From NCBI GenBank assembly GCA_036172245.1, contig JAYWIR010000069.1, positions 124,001 through 188,000 on the forward strand: DNA of 64,000 nucleotides, in the 5' to 3' direction. The notes beneath the pieces were generated by a model. It was given only the letters and a program-made list of their open reading frames with translations. It was not told the DNA's origin and ran no database searches. Shown piece by piece: positions 1 to 11,759 of this stretch (positions are counted from its first letter, which is position 1; every line of letters starts with the position of its first letter). Origin of the DNA: Raillietiella orientalis (lineage: Eukaryota). A program made the position numbers and the translations under genes.

Positions 1-39
1 ACCGAACTGAGGATGAAAAGTTTCTCAGGGCCTCCCTAA

Positions 40-73
40 CATCTGTGGTCTGGCAGGTGCCAGACCACAGATG
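40..73. repeat. Perfect inverted repeat, 16-bp arms with 2-nt loop
   Basis: catctgtggtctggca-gg-tgccagaccacagatg; arms 40-55 and 58-73 are exact reverse complements. Confidence 0.95.
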
Positions 74-689
74 CAGAGTCACCCGAAATTCCAATGAAAT
101 TTCACTCCTTCGTCAACGGGAACGGCAACAGAGTGCAGGTTCTTTCGGCGAGTCAAGATCCCGGAGAGGTTTATCCAATACTGTCTGCTTCCTGGGCTCA
201 GTTGGACAAGAGCAACAAGGGCTGATTGGTGGAACACTCCGGGAGAATTCAGCTTCGTTGCTTCTAGAAGTTTTAGAGCTGAAGGTGAAAGACCTTACAT
301 GCAGATGAAAGGAGAGTTTCAGAGAGGATTCTGCTGAGGTTTGTTGCAAGGTGTTTTTCGGGAGCACCGATTTCTTCTGGAATCGATCTTTCTCGTCCTG
401 AATCTTGGGACCAGTTCGTCCCATCTAGTCAAAAAATAAGAATGCGGGGAACCGTTTTGCTCATGGATCCACCGGAGAGTCCCTCTCGGTCGAGTGGAGT
501 GCGGATGGAATGATCAATCAAAAAGTGAGGCGGAATCCACCTGGAATTGCTGCTTCCCCTGCCTCTGTTACTGACCTAAGATAGGCGGACGATGAGACGG
601 AGGCTGCGCTGTCTGACGACAACACCTGAGACCCCTTCCGGATTTTTTCATCTGAGGGAGAGCAGCCACCCCAGGAGGGCCGCATCTAA

Positions 690-1625
690 GCAAGGTCAAA
701 GGGTGTCCCGAGTTCAGTGGAGGTGTTTGTTTTGATCAGGACAAGCACAATCGCTCGCGCACACCCATGGTCGAGGGCGCAGCCTCCGGGGCCCGAGGGA
801 GAGAAGACACGCTCTGCCTTGCTGCCGTCTTGCATACTAGGAGTTCGCTGGGAAGAACCAGAGCAATTCCCTTTCTTGAGGATTCGCAGGACGGTTGCTT
901 CGAGATCCTCCACGAGCCAGATTGCAGCGCTCGTAGCGCAGTGGCAGAAGGAAGTGGAGGAACAAGGACCTAGAGTGCTGTTTCTTGAGAGTGCAGATCC
1001 TTGGGATTCGCAAGGACGCTTTCCTCTACAGTCTGCAAACCCCTTCATTCCCAAGTACTTCCCTTCCTGGTTGCATTGTCCTCCGCTGGGCAGCACGTTT
1101 TGTGAGGAATCTATTCAGGATTCTGGATCCTTCTTTCTCTCGGGATGGATAGGGCAGGAATTCAACGAAGGACGTGGACGAAAATCCAGATCACACTGTA
1201 ATTTGTCCAGGATCTTCGATGGTGACCCACACTTCATGAGGAGGGGATCCCTCTGTATAGATCTAGTTGCTCCGCACTCCTTGCTGAGATGTGTTCTTGC
1301 TCAGCGGACGGTGAGAAAATCCACAGGTGCCTCCCCAGCTACTGGTCGCCTCGGGAAATCACAGAGGTCCTCTGCGTGAGGCACGAGCCGTATTTGAACC
1401 TGACGGCCTTCCCAAGGACGATGCATCCCGGCGGACACTGCCGGGATGTCCACCACCTCGTCAGTAGGGTCTACCCTGCAAAAGTGGTTGTTTTCTCGGC
1501 GAGCGAGCTCAAACTGTGCGTGACGTCATGCGGGCACTCCACCTCACTTAGAGCCTTGCCAAGGCTCCCAACAGGACACCTGCACGAGATCCAAACAGTC
1601 TGCAGCTTCTTCACCCTAGGATAGG
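690..1625 (+). mobile_element. Decayed L1/Tx1-like LINE, internally deleted endonuclease-RT remnant
   Basis: Frameshifted remnants in the expected order: RFPLQSANP (endonuclease NVYAP-like region, also seen at ~44480), SLCIDL, TAFP/DD, FTLG. Motifs are degraded and the boundaries approximate. Confidence 0.5.
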
Positions 1626-1629
1626 TTGG

Positions 1630-3330
1630 AACGATGAAAAAAAAAAAGACGAAGCACGGAATCTGGAGGAGATGCAGAAGTGTCAGACTTCCGGGCAGCA
1701 GGAGGCGGGAAGAGGCTGCAGCTTCTCCAAGAATGAATCCTTCTCTTCCAGAAGGAAGATGAGGGCGTTTCCGGGTGCGATGGGCATCCACAGGAGCAGC
1801 CAACTCGAGATCGAAGTCCCCGTTAGCCACTGCTCTCTGAGCCCAGCTGCCAGCCTGGACTCTCATCATCTCCCGATTCGGGGCGACTCGAGGACAACTT
1901 CGGAAGCTGTCGCCGGAGTCACTCTGGAGGCAGAAGGAAAAGGCGGTGGAAGGCACAGAGAGGTAAGAAGGGGGACCAGCTGGAATCGATCAATACGGGC
2001 ACCTGACACGCCCAAGAAAAGGTGGGTCAGCACAGAGGCTGGTGGGCAGCTCGACCCGATCCAACAGCGAAGGGACGACGCAGTCGAAATTCCACCTGTG
2101 GTTGCAGGAAACCGTTCGCACGTGGGCGCAGAGCGGCATGCAACGCGCCCTACAGGAACGATGGTTCCTGTTTGAGTGCTACAGAAGTTGCACTCTCCGT
2201 GAGATCCTGGAGGATCCGAAAAAGAGAGCGTGGCCAGGAAGAACCCCCCTTGCTTCTGCGCTGGACTCCCTAATGAAAGATCTGGACAGCGATGTTGCAG
2301 CGAAGTGGGAGGTTAAGATTACGATCTCCGGGAAGGAGAAGATAGGAGAGTGGAAGACGGGACAGCTTACAGACGTTGCGACCCCGAGTACGCCTCCCCA
2401 TGGACTTCTGCGCTGGGGCGCGCTGCTCGATGTTCCGATTAAACATCTGAAGTGGCCCCCGGTGCTCATGAACACTTCCACCCTCCCCTTAAAATGGCAG
2501 GAGTCGGATCTACTATTGCAGCATTGGGGACTCCCCTGCAACGCCCGCCGACATCATTGGGCCTGGGGAGCGGTGGATCCCAATTGTGTTAGGTGTAGGG
2601 AACGGGAGTCCCTCCTCCACCTGCTTGTGGATTGTGTTGCCCTTCGGCCCCTTTGGTTACGCTTTGCCGCGGCCATCGGAAACCCCTGCGGCAATCCCAG
2701 GGACGCCTTAAAAGCCCTCTTCGTTGCCGACGCCCTTCGGCCTGCGGCCTCGTTAGCAGCCCTGTGCTGCCTTCGCGGGATCGTCGCCGCTTGGAGCACG
2801 GCTACGGGAGGACCCCGCGATAAGGGTGCCATCCAGTGCGCCTCCCAATTCCTGAGGAGGGCGTCGCGATGGCCCCACCTGGTTCCGCAAATGCAGAAAG
2901 AGCTTGCCGGCATCCAGAGAAGGATGATGCGGCCCCAGCAGCAACAGTGATCCCTTCCCCTACCCTCCCACCTCTTCTTCTCTTTTTGTTTAGTTTTTTT
3001 GTTTGTCCTCCATCCCCCTGCTGCCGTGATGGACCGTACCGGTCTGCGAACCGGTGACCCGGCAGGCTCCGTGTTTCTTCATGCGTGGCTGGAGCACTGG
3101 TCCAGCCACAGCACGTCTTTATAAAAGTTTCTTTTTTAATAAACGCCCCGGCGAAATCCGGGTGAAAATCGAAATTCCGCCTGAAACTTCCGGAGATGAG
3201 GTACTCTCAGCTTGGGCTTCCCAGTGCGGGGGTATTTTTTTCCTCTGCACGGGAACGTTCAGCCTCAGCCCATGTTCTCTTCCTTCAGGACCAATCGGGA
3301 ACAGGAAGTGACTAAGAAGAGACTGGAATT
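1630..3330 (-). mobile_element. Decayed LINE RT fragment (host element) split by the 2099-3168 insertion
   Basis: Removing the insert and one TSD copy restores minus-strand SFRRNFDCVVPSLLDRVELP (RT 'DFxKAFDxV'-like motif). Thumb-like sequence follows toward 1630. Confidence 0.6.
2099..3168 (+). mobile_element. 5'-truncated L1/Tx1-like LINE (family A): ORF2 C-terminus, 3' UTR and terminal hairpin, 15-bp TSD
   Basis: Open frame to 2950 encodes zf-RVT-like LPLKWQESDLLLQHWGLPCN...CVRCRERESLLHLLVDC. AATAAA at 3138-3143, followed by a hairpin. TSD tcgaaattcc(a/g)cctg at 2084-2098 and 3169-3183. Confidence 0.92.
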
Positions 3331-5181
3331 CTCACCGCTCCTCGGGACAGAGAGCTGACGATGGGACTCGGCCGCGAGTCCTGAACGCGCATTCCCTGCA
3401 CTCACTCGGACGTCACCGGACTCCGTCCCCTCCGAAGTCCAGGAAGACGCGCCGTGCCATTCCCATTGGATAAGGATTGCGTGGCACACGACGGGCCGAG
3501 AGTGGTTGATCTTGGTTTATATTCGCGATGGCGGAGCCGTGCTTAATACGGTTAGGGCTTGATTGCGCCTTTGCTTAATTCTCGTAACATCAATGGCGGC
3601 CATCTTGTGCTGCTGAAGAGTATCGATTGGGTGTGAAATGTGCGTGTGCAGCTGTGATCTTTAATGCGTGATCTTCAAAGTTTTTATATTATGTAGGATC
3701 ATGAAAATATATTTTTTAATATACATATATATATATGTACATATATATATTTTTCGGGCTTTCGCAAACAAATCGAACCCGTGCAAGCAAGCCCCATTCG
3801 CCCGGACTTGTGCATTGTCACTGACTACTGCCATCGCGTGCTATCTTGTGCATCTTCCTATTATCACTTCGCACTCACGGGCGGCCACGGCACGGGACGT
3901 TGGCGCTACACTTCTTGTTTCAGAAGAAATCGGCCGTATTCATTGGTAGCACCCGCTAGAACCCCTGAAGCAGAAATGACACTGTCTCCTTGGATACAAA
4001 CATCCAGCACGGCTCATCCGAGGGACGAGCGGACGATATCTGAGTGGCTTTTCTAAGCGAGATCCCGGTGGCCTCAAAGGAAGAAGAGCGATGCTCTTTC
4101 AAGAGACATTCTGCGAGACATTCTGCGGGCCCATCGGAGTAAGGATCGTTGGACCTATTGGAGTCGAACCTGTTTCTAGGAGCGTCGGTCCTGAGTGCTA
4201 AAAGCCTTTTTCCCTATTACGTACGTCAGAACTTCCCCAAGAGCAATGAACCACGTGACCACGTAGCTCATTCTCTCATCCTCAAAGAAGGACGTCAAGG
4301 TCCAGTTGCTAAGCGACGGCCACGATTCCGAGGCTGAGCTACGTATCCGTCGGCGATCTTGAAACCAAATCATCTGCCAACGAAAGCAGCCGCCCCCCCG
4401 CTGCTTTCCTGGAAACAGCTCTACATTCTGGGTGTGCTACCAGGCAACCAATTCCGACGGCGCTGACAGCCGACAGATAATGTGACACTGATGTTGCGGC
4501 GCCACGTCGGGATGCTTGTTCGCTAGCAACGCAAGCTGTTTGCTTTAACCGCCTTTCGGTTGCGCCTACATCAGGCGTCGCCCTGGTCGTCTCAACTGCG
4601 TCATCACAGAGCGCGCTGAAACCACCTCCAGCCACGCGGCAAAGTCCGCTTAGTCCATGGACGATTCCATTTCTTTCTCTCTTTTTTCTTCCTTTTTCCA
4701 GATGCAACCGTTCTATAGCAACAAGTCACATGCTCGTCGTATACTGCCAAGTGTACACGGAGCCCAGGCAAGCGGACGGACGGGTCTGGCAGCGTGCTCC
4801 TTCCCGTACAGATGAAGCGGAAGTTCCATAACCTTCTCGCTGACGGATGACGTACGTTTTGCACTTTGAGAACGTCGAGGGCGCGTCTCGGAGTCGTACC
4901 CTGGTGAAAGGGGAGGGGTTGGGGGGGTGCTTAGAGCGATTCGGAGCTGCTTCCGTGAAGAGATTTCAGACGACTTCCGCTTCCTGAGGAGCCGCGATGG
5001 CGTCTATGGGGATCGCCATGCTCGAAACTCTTCCGCAGCGGATGGGAAGATCCAATCGACTTCGGCGCGGCCTTGGCGGCAGAGACGGGAAAGCGCCTGG
5101 GAATGCCTACCGCGCGCAGAATGGAAATTCTTCCTTGTTTGGCCACCGTCCGCGAACCGGCAGTGGGCTTCTGCTCATCCC

Positions 5182-6350
5182 TTTATCACCCGGTTGAGCC
5201 AGGACGTTTATTCAGAAAAGAACAAACCATCTGGGAACAAAGTTCCCAGACGAAGGGAAAAGAAGTTCGAGGGAAGGTTTCTCGGTCACGCAGGTCGTTC
5301 ACACCGAAAGTCCGGAACGAAGGGGAAGAGACCACAAATAGACATATGAGAAAAATAAAAACAGATATGAGGGAAGAGGGAGCAGGGATCTTTGGCATTC
5401 ACCGTTCCATCGTTTCAAAACCGGTGCTGAATCCTGTAGGTCTGCTTCCTCGTTTCTTCCTCGAGATGACACCACCTAGCAGCCGTCCTCATGTTGATGG
5501 TTGCAATCCTGGTGACCTCTTTTGGGACATCTCGCGACTTCAATAGGTGGAGGGCCGTGACGATGGCGCAGATGCAACAGGTCGTTGCCATGACCGCGCC
5601 AAGTGAGAGGCCGCCCCACGCGTGAAGAAGCGGCGCATGACGTCGATGACGGTGTCCCCCTGGTGCAGAAGCGCTGAAGGCAGCCTCTGCAACAGTTCTT
5701 GGAGGGTCGCAGTCGAAGAGCAGGTGCGGGAGCGTTTCCACTGCTCCTCGCCTTCCACAGTTCGGGGAGGAGACTTCCCCAGAAACAAGGTGGGAGTGCT
5801 GGTTGCAATGGAAACCCCAACGCAACTGCAGAAGCACGTCCTGCTTCCATCGAGGGGAGAACACAGAAGTGTTCCCGCACAAAGAGGGGACTACAAGTTC
5901 TTCGAGGGGTACACTCAAGAGTTCGCACAACCGAAGGAGTCGCTTCGCACAATCACGAGTGGCGGCGTCTGACAGTTCTCTCGTCTTCCAGTCTCCCAAC
6001 GGTCTGGTTTCTCCAGCCACCGTCCGCAAACCGAAAGTGGGTTGCTGCGCTTCTTAGCGACAAGCATGTGCAATGCCTTGTCGCGGGCATCTGCTCCGGT
6101 GCCGCTCGTTTACTTGGGGAGACCTTGACAAAATCCTGGCGCGCGGGGCGGTCCAGTTACGTGCGGAGGACTAGCAAGGAATGCGCGCCATGCACGACCG
6201 CACTTCCGGTCTCCCGGATACGGAGCACTTCAGCGAGTCCCTTTGATCTGCATGCACAGGAGCGTGACCTAGGAATCATAGGAAAGGTCTCCACAAAGAA
6301 GACAGCAGGGTGCTGCGCGATTGATGACCCACGCAGGGAGGACGTGGCTT
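5182..6350 (-). mobile_element. Decayed family A LINE, 3' part
   Basis: ORF 5415..6029 contains LLQLRWGFHCN...CGRRGAVETLPHLLFDC (zf-RVT-like). Terminal motif aataaacgtcctggctcaaccgggtgataaa at 5182-5212 (minus). Confidence 0.85.
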
Positions 6351-6979
6351 CCCATCCCTGAGGGACGACTACCGAGTGCTGCCTTGGTTGCCGCCTTTCT
6401 CAGAAGAAAGTTACAGGCAGCCTCCTCGCTGACCGCCACCTCCTTTCAACAGTGGCGCTCTCTCCTCCTCCTTTCTGTGTCTGCCCTCCCACCCCATCTA
6501 CGCCCCGCTGGCTCTCCACCATCTTCGTCGTCTCGCATCCGTGCAGGTGCGCCACCGTCGTCCCACGAAGACAGTCAGAAGTGTTACTATCCGTATCGCC
6601 CGTGACTGTGGTCTCCGGCTTCACCAGCCCGTCTCTCAAGAGAGTGGTTGCCATCCGAGGAGGCCTCTTGCAGTCGCTCCCGCGGGGCGTTGCGGCGACG
6701 AACAGCCTGAGTCGACGCTGGAGGAAGACACCTCATTCTCCCCCTTTCCCCTGCCCCCACGACGGAAGGGTTGGAAGACGACGTTCTCCACAGCAAGACC
6801 TCCCCTGCTCAGTTCCACAGGATGAGATCTGGAGAAGAATTTCAGCATCAACTTTAGATGGAGATGCGGGTCAGCGCGTGTCTGGAAAAGGCAGTAGAAA
6901 AATTTGTGCGGCTACTCAGAGACTTCAGAAGCATGCAGAGCAAAGGAAGACACGTGTCCAACCGAACTAAAGCTTTTTC

Positions 6980-7700
6980 GTCCTTCGAGGATGGAGAGCC
7001 ATAGCTGGTGGGTTGGGAGAACTGCTTTCAACAGGAACATGAGAGAGAAGGTTGCGTCCAGTATGCTCCCCGTCCTGCTCAAGGAAAAACGGAGCGCTCG
7101 AGCAAAAAGATGTCCTCCCCACGTGGGGTTTCAATCGCGCAACACCGTACTGTCTTCTTTATGGATACCTTTCCCATGATTCCTAGGTCGCTGCCCTGCG
7201 TAAGCAGATCGAGTGGACTTGCTGGCCGTGAGAGAGGTGATCCGAAGGCAAGGCGACGGTGCAGCAAATGCGACAAAGAAGCGTCGTCGGTGCGCTCACC
7301 GGATTGCTGTCGGAGGCATCCTGGCCCGTTCAGCCGAAGGTCGCGATGCGGTCGCCCGAAGGCGTCTCCAAGGCAGTACGCGAAATCTGTCCCTCGAAGA
7401 TGGGAGAAGCCAGGCTGGGAAATCATGGCCCCTTGCTGATCTCTTGTCTCAGGGAAGAAGAGCTCAAGCCGTAATTCAGGAAGCGGATTCGAGGACACCA
7501 GGAAAATGCTCTCGCACCATAACCGGGGCTGCATCTCAGGAAAGCCGGGATATGCGGATGGGTAAGAAGCCGGCCCGAGCCCGGATGGCGAGGCCTGGGG
7601 AAAGCTCAGGGCGCGAGAGTGAATCCGCAGTCGATGGGGCGCAGGCAGGTCGCACCACGGCGTGCTACAGTAGCGCGCGCACCGAGGACTAGCCAAGAAC
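6980..7700 (+). mobile_element. Decayed LINE ORF2 fragment, inverted homolog of the 5182-6350 copy
   Basis: 7110-7220 is the reverse-complement homolog of 6240-6350. Antisense translations DLGIMGKVSIKKTVRCCAIE and DLGIIGKVSTKKTAGCCAID align. Confidence 0.65.
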
Positions 7701-8399
7701 CTATCCCCTTTCTCCCGTCTCGTGGCCACGATTCACCTGTTTCTTCAGCTCCTTCCTTCCTTCTAGGAACGCTCCAGCAGTCGCCATGGAAAAAATTCGT
7801 CCCTTTCTTCTCCCTCTTCCCCCCTTCCCCTATTCCCTGCCTCCTCCAGTTCGAGCGAGGGGACCGTTGTTCCCGGAGACGTGGGCTCCCGTTCGCCTCC
7901 CGCTTGTTTCACAGGAAACAGGAAGACGTCTCCCGGTTTGCTGAGATTCCCGATGCTCCCGTTTTCCCTCTTTGCTGGGGCGCACTCGATCTCCCATTCA
8001 TCTTCGGCAAGACTTTCCGTTGCATCCCCTGAACGTGAGACATCCGCGCGTTCATCTCCCGTCGCTAGGCGGCGGGAAAGTCCTTCCGGGAAGGAGGAGC
8101 AAGACTTCCGTCTGGAAGTGTTCCGGTGCCTCCTGATCCCTCCAAGGTCGCGAAGCCGGCTAGCGGCCCTCTGAGATGGAACGTTTTCTTTCTAACCCCT
8201 CCCCCTTTTTTTTTGGTTGTCAAGCACTTGATGGCCGTTTACAAAGGGAGTTCAGCACCGTCCACGCCACCCAAGAGTGCGCGTGACTCCTCATGCTGAG
8301 AGGGGGAGAGTCACCCTGTGAATCCAGGAAGGGCGCCGGAGGGAAATGCCTGTTCCTCTCACTCTCGGTAGGGAACCACGAAGGGGAACCTCTTCCCTA

Positions 8400-9800
8400 T
8401 TTTCCTTTCCGGAGGGGAAAACAGAGAAGAGATTGAAAGGACGTGTGTACTCCTCTAGAGGGTGCGTGCGTCGTTTCTTCCGTTTCCTCCCCTGAAGAGA
8501 ACCCCCCGAAGGACGCTTCCCATTTTCTCCGAAGGGGCGCCTCCCCTAAGGGAGCGGGTCGCTTAGACTGAGCTTTGACCTTAAAGGGAAGGGCGCAAGC
8601 CGGGATGTCGAGCCTCCCACAGGGATCGCAGCGACCTCTGGGAGCCACTCGATTCCCTTTTCAGAGTCCGTCCTCCCGCGATCTTGCACTGTGGAGAGCC
8701 GACCCTTTGAAGGAGTGTCGGCCAGCTCCATGGTGACGGCTCTACTTTCCCAACTGTAGGAGGAACCCAAAAGAGCCCTCGATTCTTAGAAGGACCACGG
8801 ATGGTCGAGTTTCCAGTACTGGAGGTCAGTCGACGGAGGCAGCCGGCTTGCAGAAGCGCTGCTCCCGAAGCCTACTGCCGAACAGCGCCATCTTGCAAAG
8901 GGGAATCGAAACCCACGATCCAATCGTTTCTCGACGCCGGTTCCTTCCCGGGAGGGATTCGAACCCACGAAGCTTAGCGGGCCACGCGCGGATGTCGCAT
9001 CCAGGCTGCCGTCAGCGCCGGGATGGAGGAAGCCATTCGAAGCACAGGCGCTCGCTTCCACACTCCCATCCCCGTCGCCCATCCGACGGAAGCGAGAGAG
9101 TGGGCTCTGAAAGGGTATTGTGGGGCTCTCAGAAGCCGTCACCTCCCCCTGTGGGTGGCAGCGCCTGAACATGGGAGTCCTGTATTTGAAGGTCTGCACA
9201 CTGCGAGCCTCAGACTGCACTCGACTCCACGGTACGGAGGCGGCGCCTCTAACGTTTCACCCGCCCAAGAAGGAGGCAGGTGGCGCCGCGGCTCGCACCC
9301 CCCGCGCGCATCCTGCCGCGGCACAAAAGTCGCCCCATCCGCAGACATCCGACGACGGTCGAGAACCCAATTGGGCGGTTTGGCTCTTCGGATGACGAGG
9401 GCTGGTGCGAAGAGGCGGCGGCCTTGGGGAAACGATCCCGGACGAGGCGGTGCCTGGCACTCGCGCCAGTCCAACTGCCATCCCCTTTTCTCGAGGACGC
9501 ACACGAGGGTGGAGATTGATTCTGACGAAGCAGTGATCTTCGACCTGGGAGTGGCACCGGCGCGTCAAGAAATCTCCCTTCCAAATCGGAAGGGGATGCG
9601 GACGTAGCGCTTGTCCACCGCGAGTGCCAACGATGACTGCACCACAGGCGACTCTGCGGGAGAGGCCGATACAGCCTGGAGGTGCAAGCAGCAACCGTCA
9701 CCATCCTGGGAAGCGTTCTTCCTTCCCGTGCTCTCCTTCCCAAATGCCTTGGCGGAGGCCAGGACGCGAGCCACCGTTAAAGCAGCGGAGGGAGGCTGAC
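8400..9800 (-). mobile_element. Decayed LINE ORF1 to endonuclease region
   Basis: Zn-knuckle remnant (HRLVRDRFPK) near 9430-9470. 8480-9080 aligns by eye with ~44160-44570 on the + strand. Confidence 0.6.
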
Positions 9801-9829
9801 TGGTGGCCAAGATGCACAGGTGGCGCTCC

Positions 9830-11730
9830 TTTCGGTCTTCCGATGGGACCAGTGGACCTTATAGTCTGCGGACTTAGTTGTGCGAGTCTTCCCCCTCTTC
9901 CTCCTCCTCCTCCCTTTCTCCCTTTCTTCGTTTCCTTTCCTCTTCCTCCTCCTCCCTCTCGGAAATTCTTCCTGCGATTTGCCGCTGGGGGATCCGAGAA
10001 AAACGGCTCACGCCGCGCACACACCCTTACTCACAATCCGTGGATCCTCGGCGGCCGGGGGAGAGTCCGGCGGGAAGGTTTTCTGGATGGCGCTCGTAGC
10101 CAGGGAGCGTTGGATGAAGTTCAGGTGATCCTGATCGCCCGGTCTGCATCGGTCAGAGATCCAGGAACACCGCTCAAGAGATCGGTGTCCATGGATGCGA
10201 TTCAAGCACAGAGCTCAAGAGTCGCCTGCATCGGGGAGCGATCCCAGTCCCCCTATGACTTGTTTCGGGTTCAAGTCAAACTGGGAAGGGAAGTATTCCT
10301 GCCAAAGCCGACAGGAGTCCAGATGGATCCCTACATCTCTACGCCGCCGAGCGAATGCTGCGTGCGAGGAGCTGCAGATGTGGCGGAGTTCCGTAGTTGT
10401 GGAGCTGCCGTAGGAGACCGACGCTGGAGGATGGCCAAGTTCTAGCGCTTCGCTGTCGCCAGCAACGCGATAGATGCTACTGCCGTTATGGTCGGGACCT
10501 CATAGTGTTGATGATTGGCTGTGCACAGAAGGGCCGAATCGCATCCCGGAGGCACTGCAAAGTCGATTAGCATCATCAAGAAAAAAACAAAAGGATACCA
10601 CAGGGGAGCTGTCACGGATCTCGTAGCAGGATGATTGCTGATTTCTGCAGTCAGGAAGGATCGTTTCAGAATCAGAAGGACTGTATGCCGCGCCGATGAC
10701 CTTCGATGGTCAGGAGTTGGCGTGGGGCTGCTGGTGCTGGGCACGCACGCTCAAAGCAGGAGACCGCATCCAGGGTCCCTTCTGTCCACAGCTGCAGTCC
10801 AACCCTCATAATCTGGAACCGCGACGACCCCGGCAGCTTCCCGTGCCAGAGCACCTGCAGCTGGCAGGAAGACGCGGCCTCTGCAGCATCCCCGACTGCC
10901 AAGAAAGGGGGCCGAAAAGGAGGACGCCGCCGGAACTGGCGTGGTGACCGACTCTGCACAGGGACAGCGGACAGTTCAGAGCACGAACGCACGACCTCGG
11001 ACGATCTCGGAGGAGCAGAAGACACCCGCCCTGCGGCTGCTGCAGGCCGTGCGCTCCTCACAGTCGCGCGCCTGGAGGTGGGAAAGGAGAGGATGTCGTG
11101 GCGTGCTTCGCTGTGAACGCGGAAGCGCGCCTCCTGGTGTGTAGTCCTTCCAGAGAAGCTGAGAAAATCCCCCGATGCTACCGAAGGGAGGCAAGCGACC
11201 AGCAAAAGACTCGCTAGGAGTCCTTGGCCAAACCGCCGAGCTCAATCGCCGGGCCTGCAGATTGGCGGTCCATTGCCGCCATTTTTCTCCGGAAAACGCT
11301 CTGGGATGCTCCATCTGCAGAGATCCTTCGCGTTCGGTTTCTTTCGAGGAATCGAGGACGTGAGCTGGCGGAAGTGGAGGTCTGAACAGGTGAGCGGAGT
11401 GGGCCGAACGAAAGGGTCTCTTCCGACCAGGGAGGTTCCAAGACCCGCTCATCTTGAGGTTCCGGTGGCTGTCCACCAGACCCCTCCGTCCCTAAGGCAA
11501 CGGTCGCCTCCGGTAGTAGCCCAACGGACATCGATTCGGGAGAGCTGCATCCGGAAAGACCATCGCCGGACGCTGATGCCAAATCGACCGGGGCTAGTGA
11601 TGGGCGAGTGTGTCCAGGGAAGTGCACGAGCTCGTCACTCGGTGCAGCCAGATGCCCTTCTTGACCGTGGCGGATTCAAGTGCAGAAGGGACCAAGGGCA
11701 GACGTGGTTCGCAAGCTCTGAACCTGGGAC
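9830..11730 (+). mobile_element. Decayed LINE ORF1 with Pro-rich polypyrimidine tract and downstream remnants
   Basis: PPPPSRKFFLRF-type segment at 9880-10000, homologous in inverted orientation to 11820-11925. Confidence 0.45.
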
Positions 11731-11759
11731 GTAGGCAGCGACTTCCAGGAGGGAGAGGA

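Noticed and set aside
1630..2098. Twin-priming 5' inversion of the 2099-3168 element
   Set aside because: The TSD at 2084-2098 / 3169-3183 shows the minus-strand segment is a pre-existing host element that continues beyond 3183.
3355..3390. Hammerhead ribozyme (CTGACGA + ggactcg/cgagtcc stem)
   Set aside because: There is an extra base after the core, GAAC replaces GAAA, and I found no supporting stems I/III or NUH site.
3592..3607. YY1-like promoter motif aatggcggccatcttg
   Set aside because: A short motif with no supported adjacent gene or transcription evidence.
5141..5177. Long TSD formed with 6014-6050
   Set aside because: Only loosely similar, and more simply explained as homologous positions in two copies of the same LINE family.
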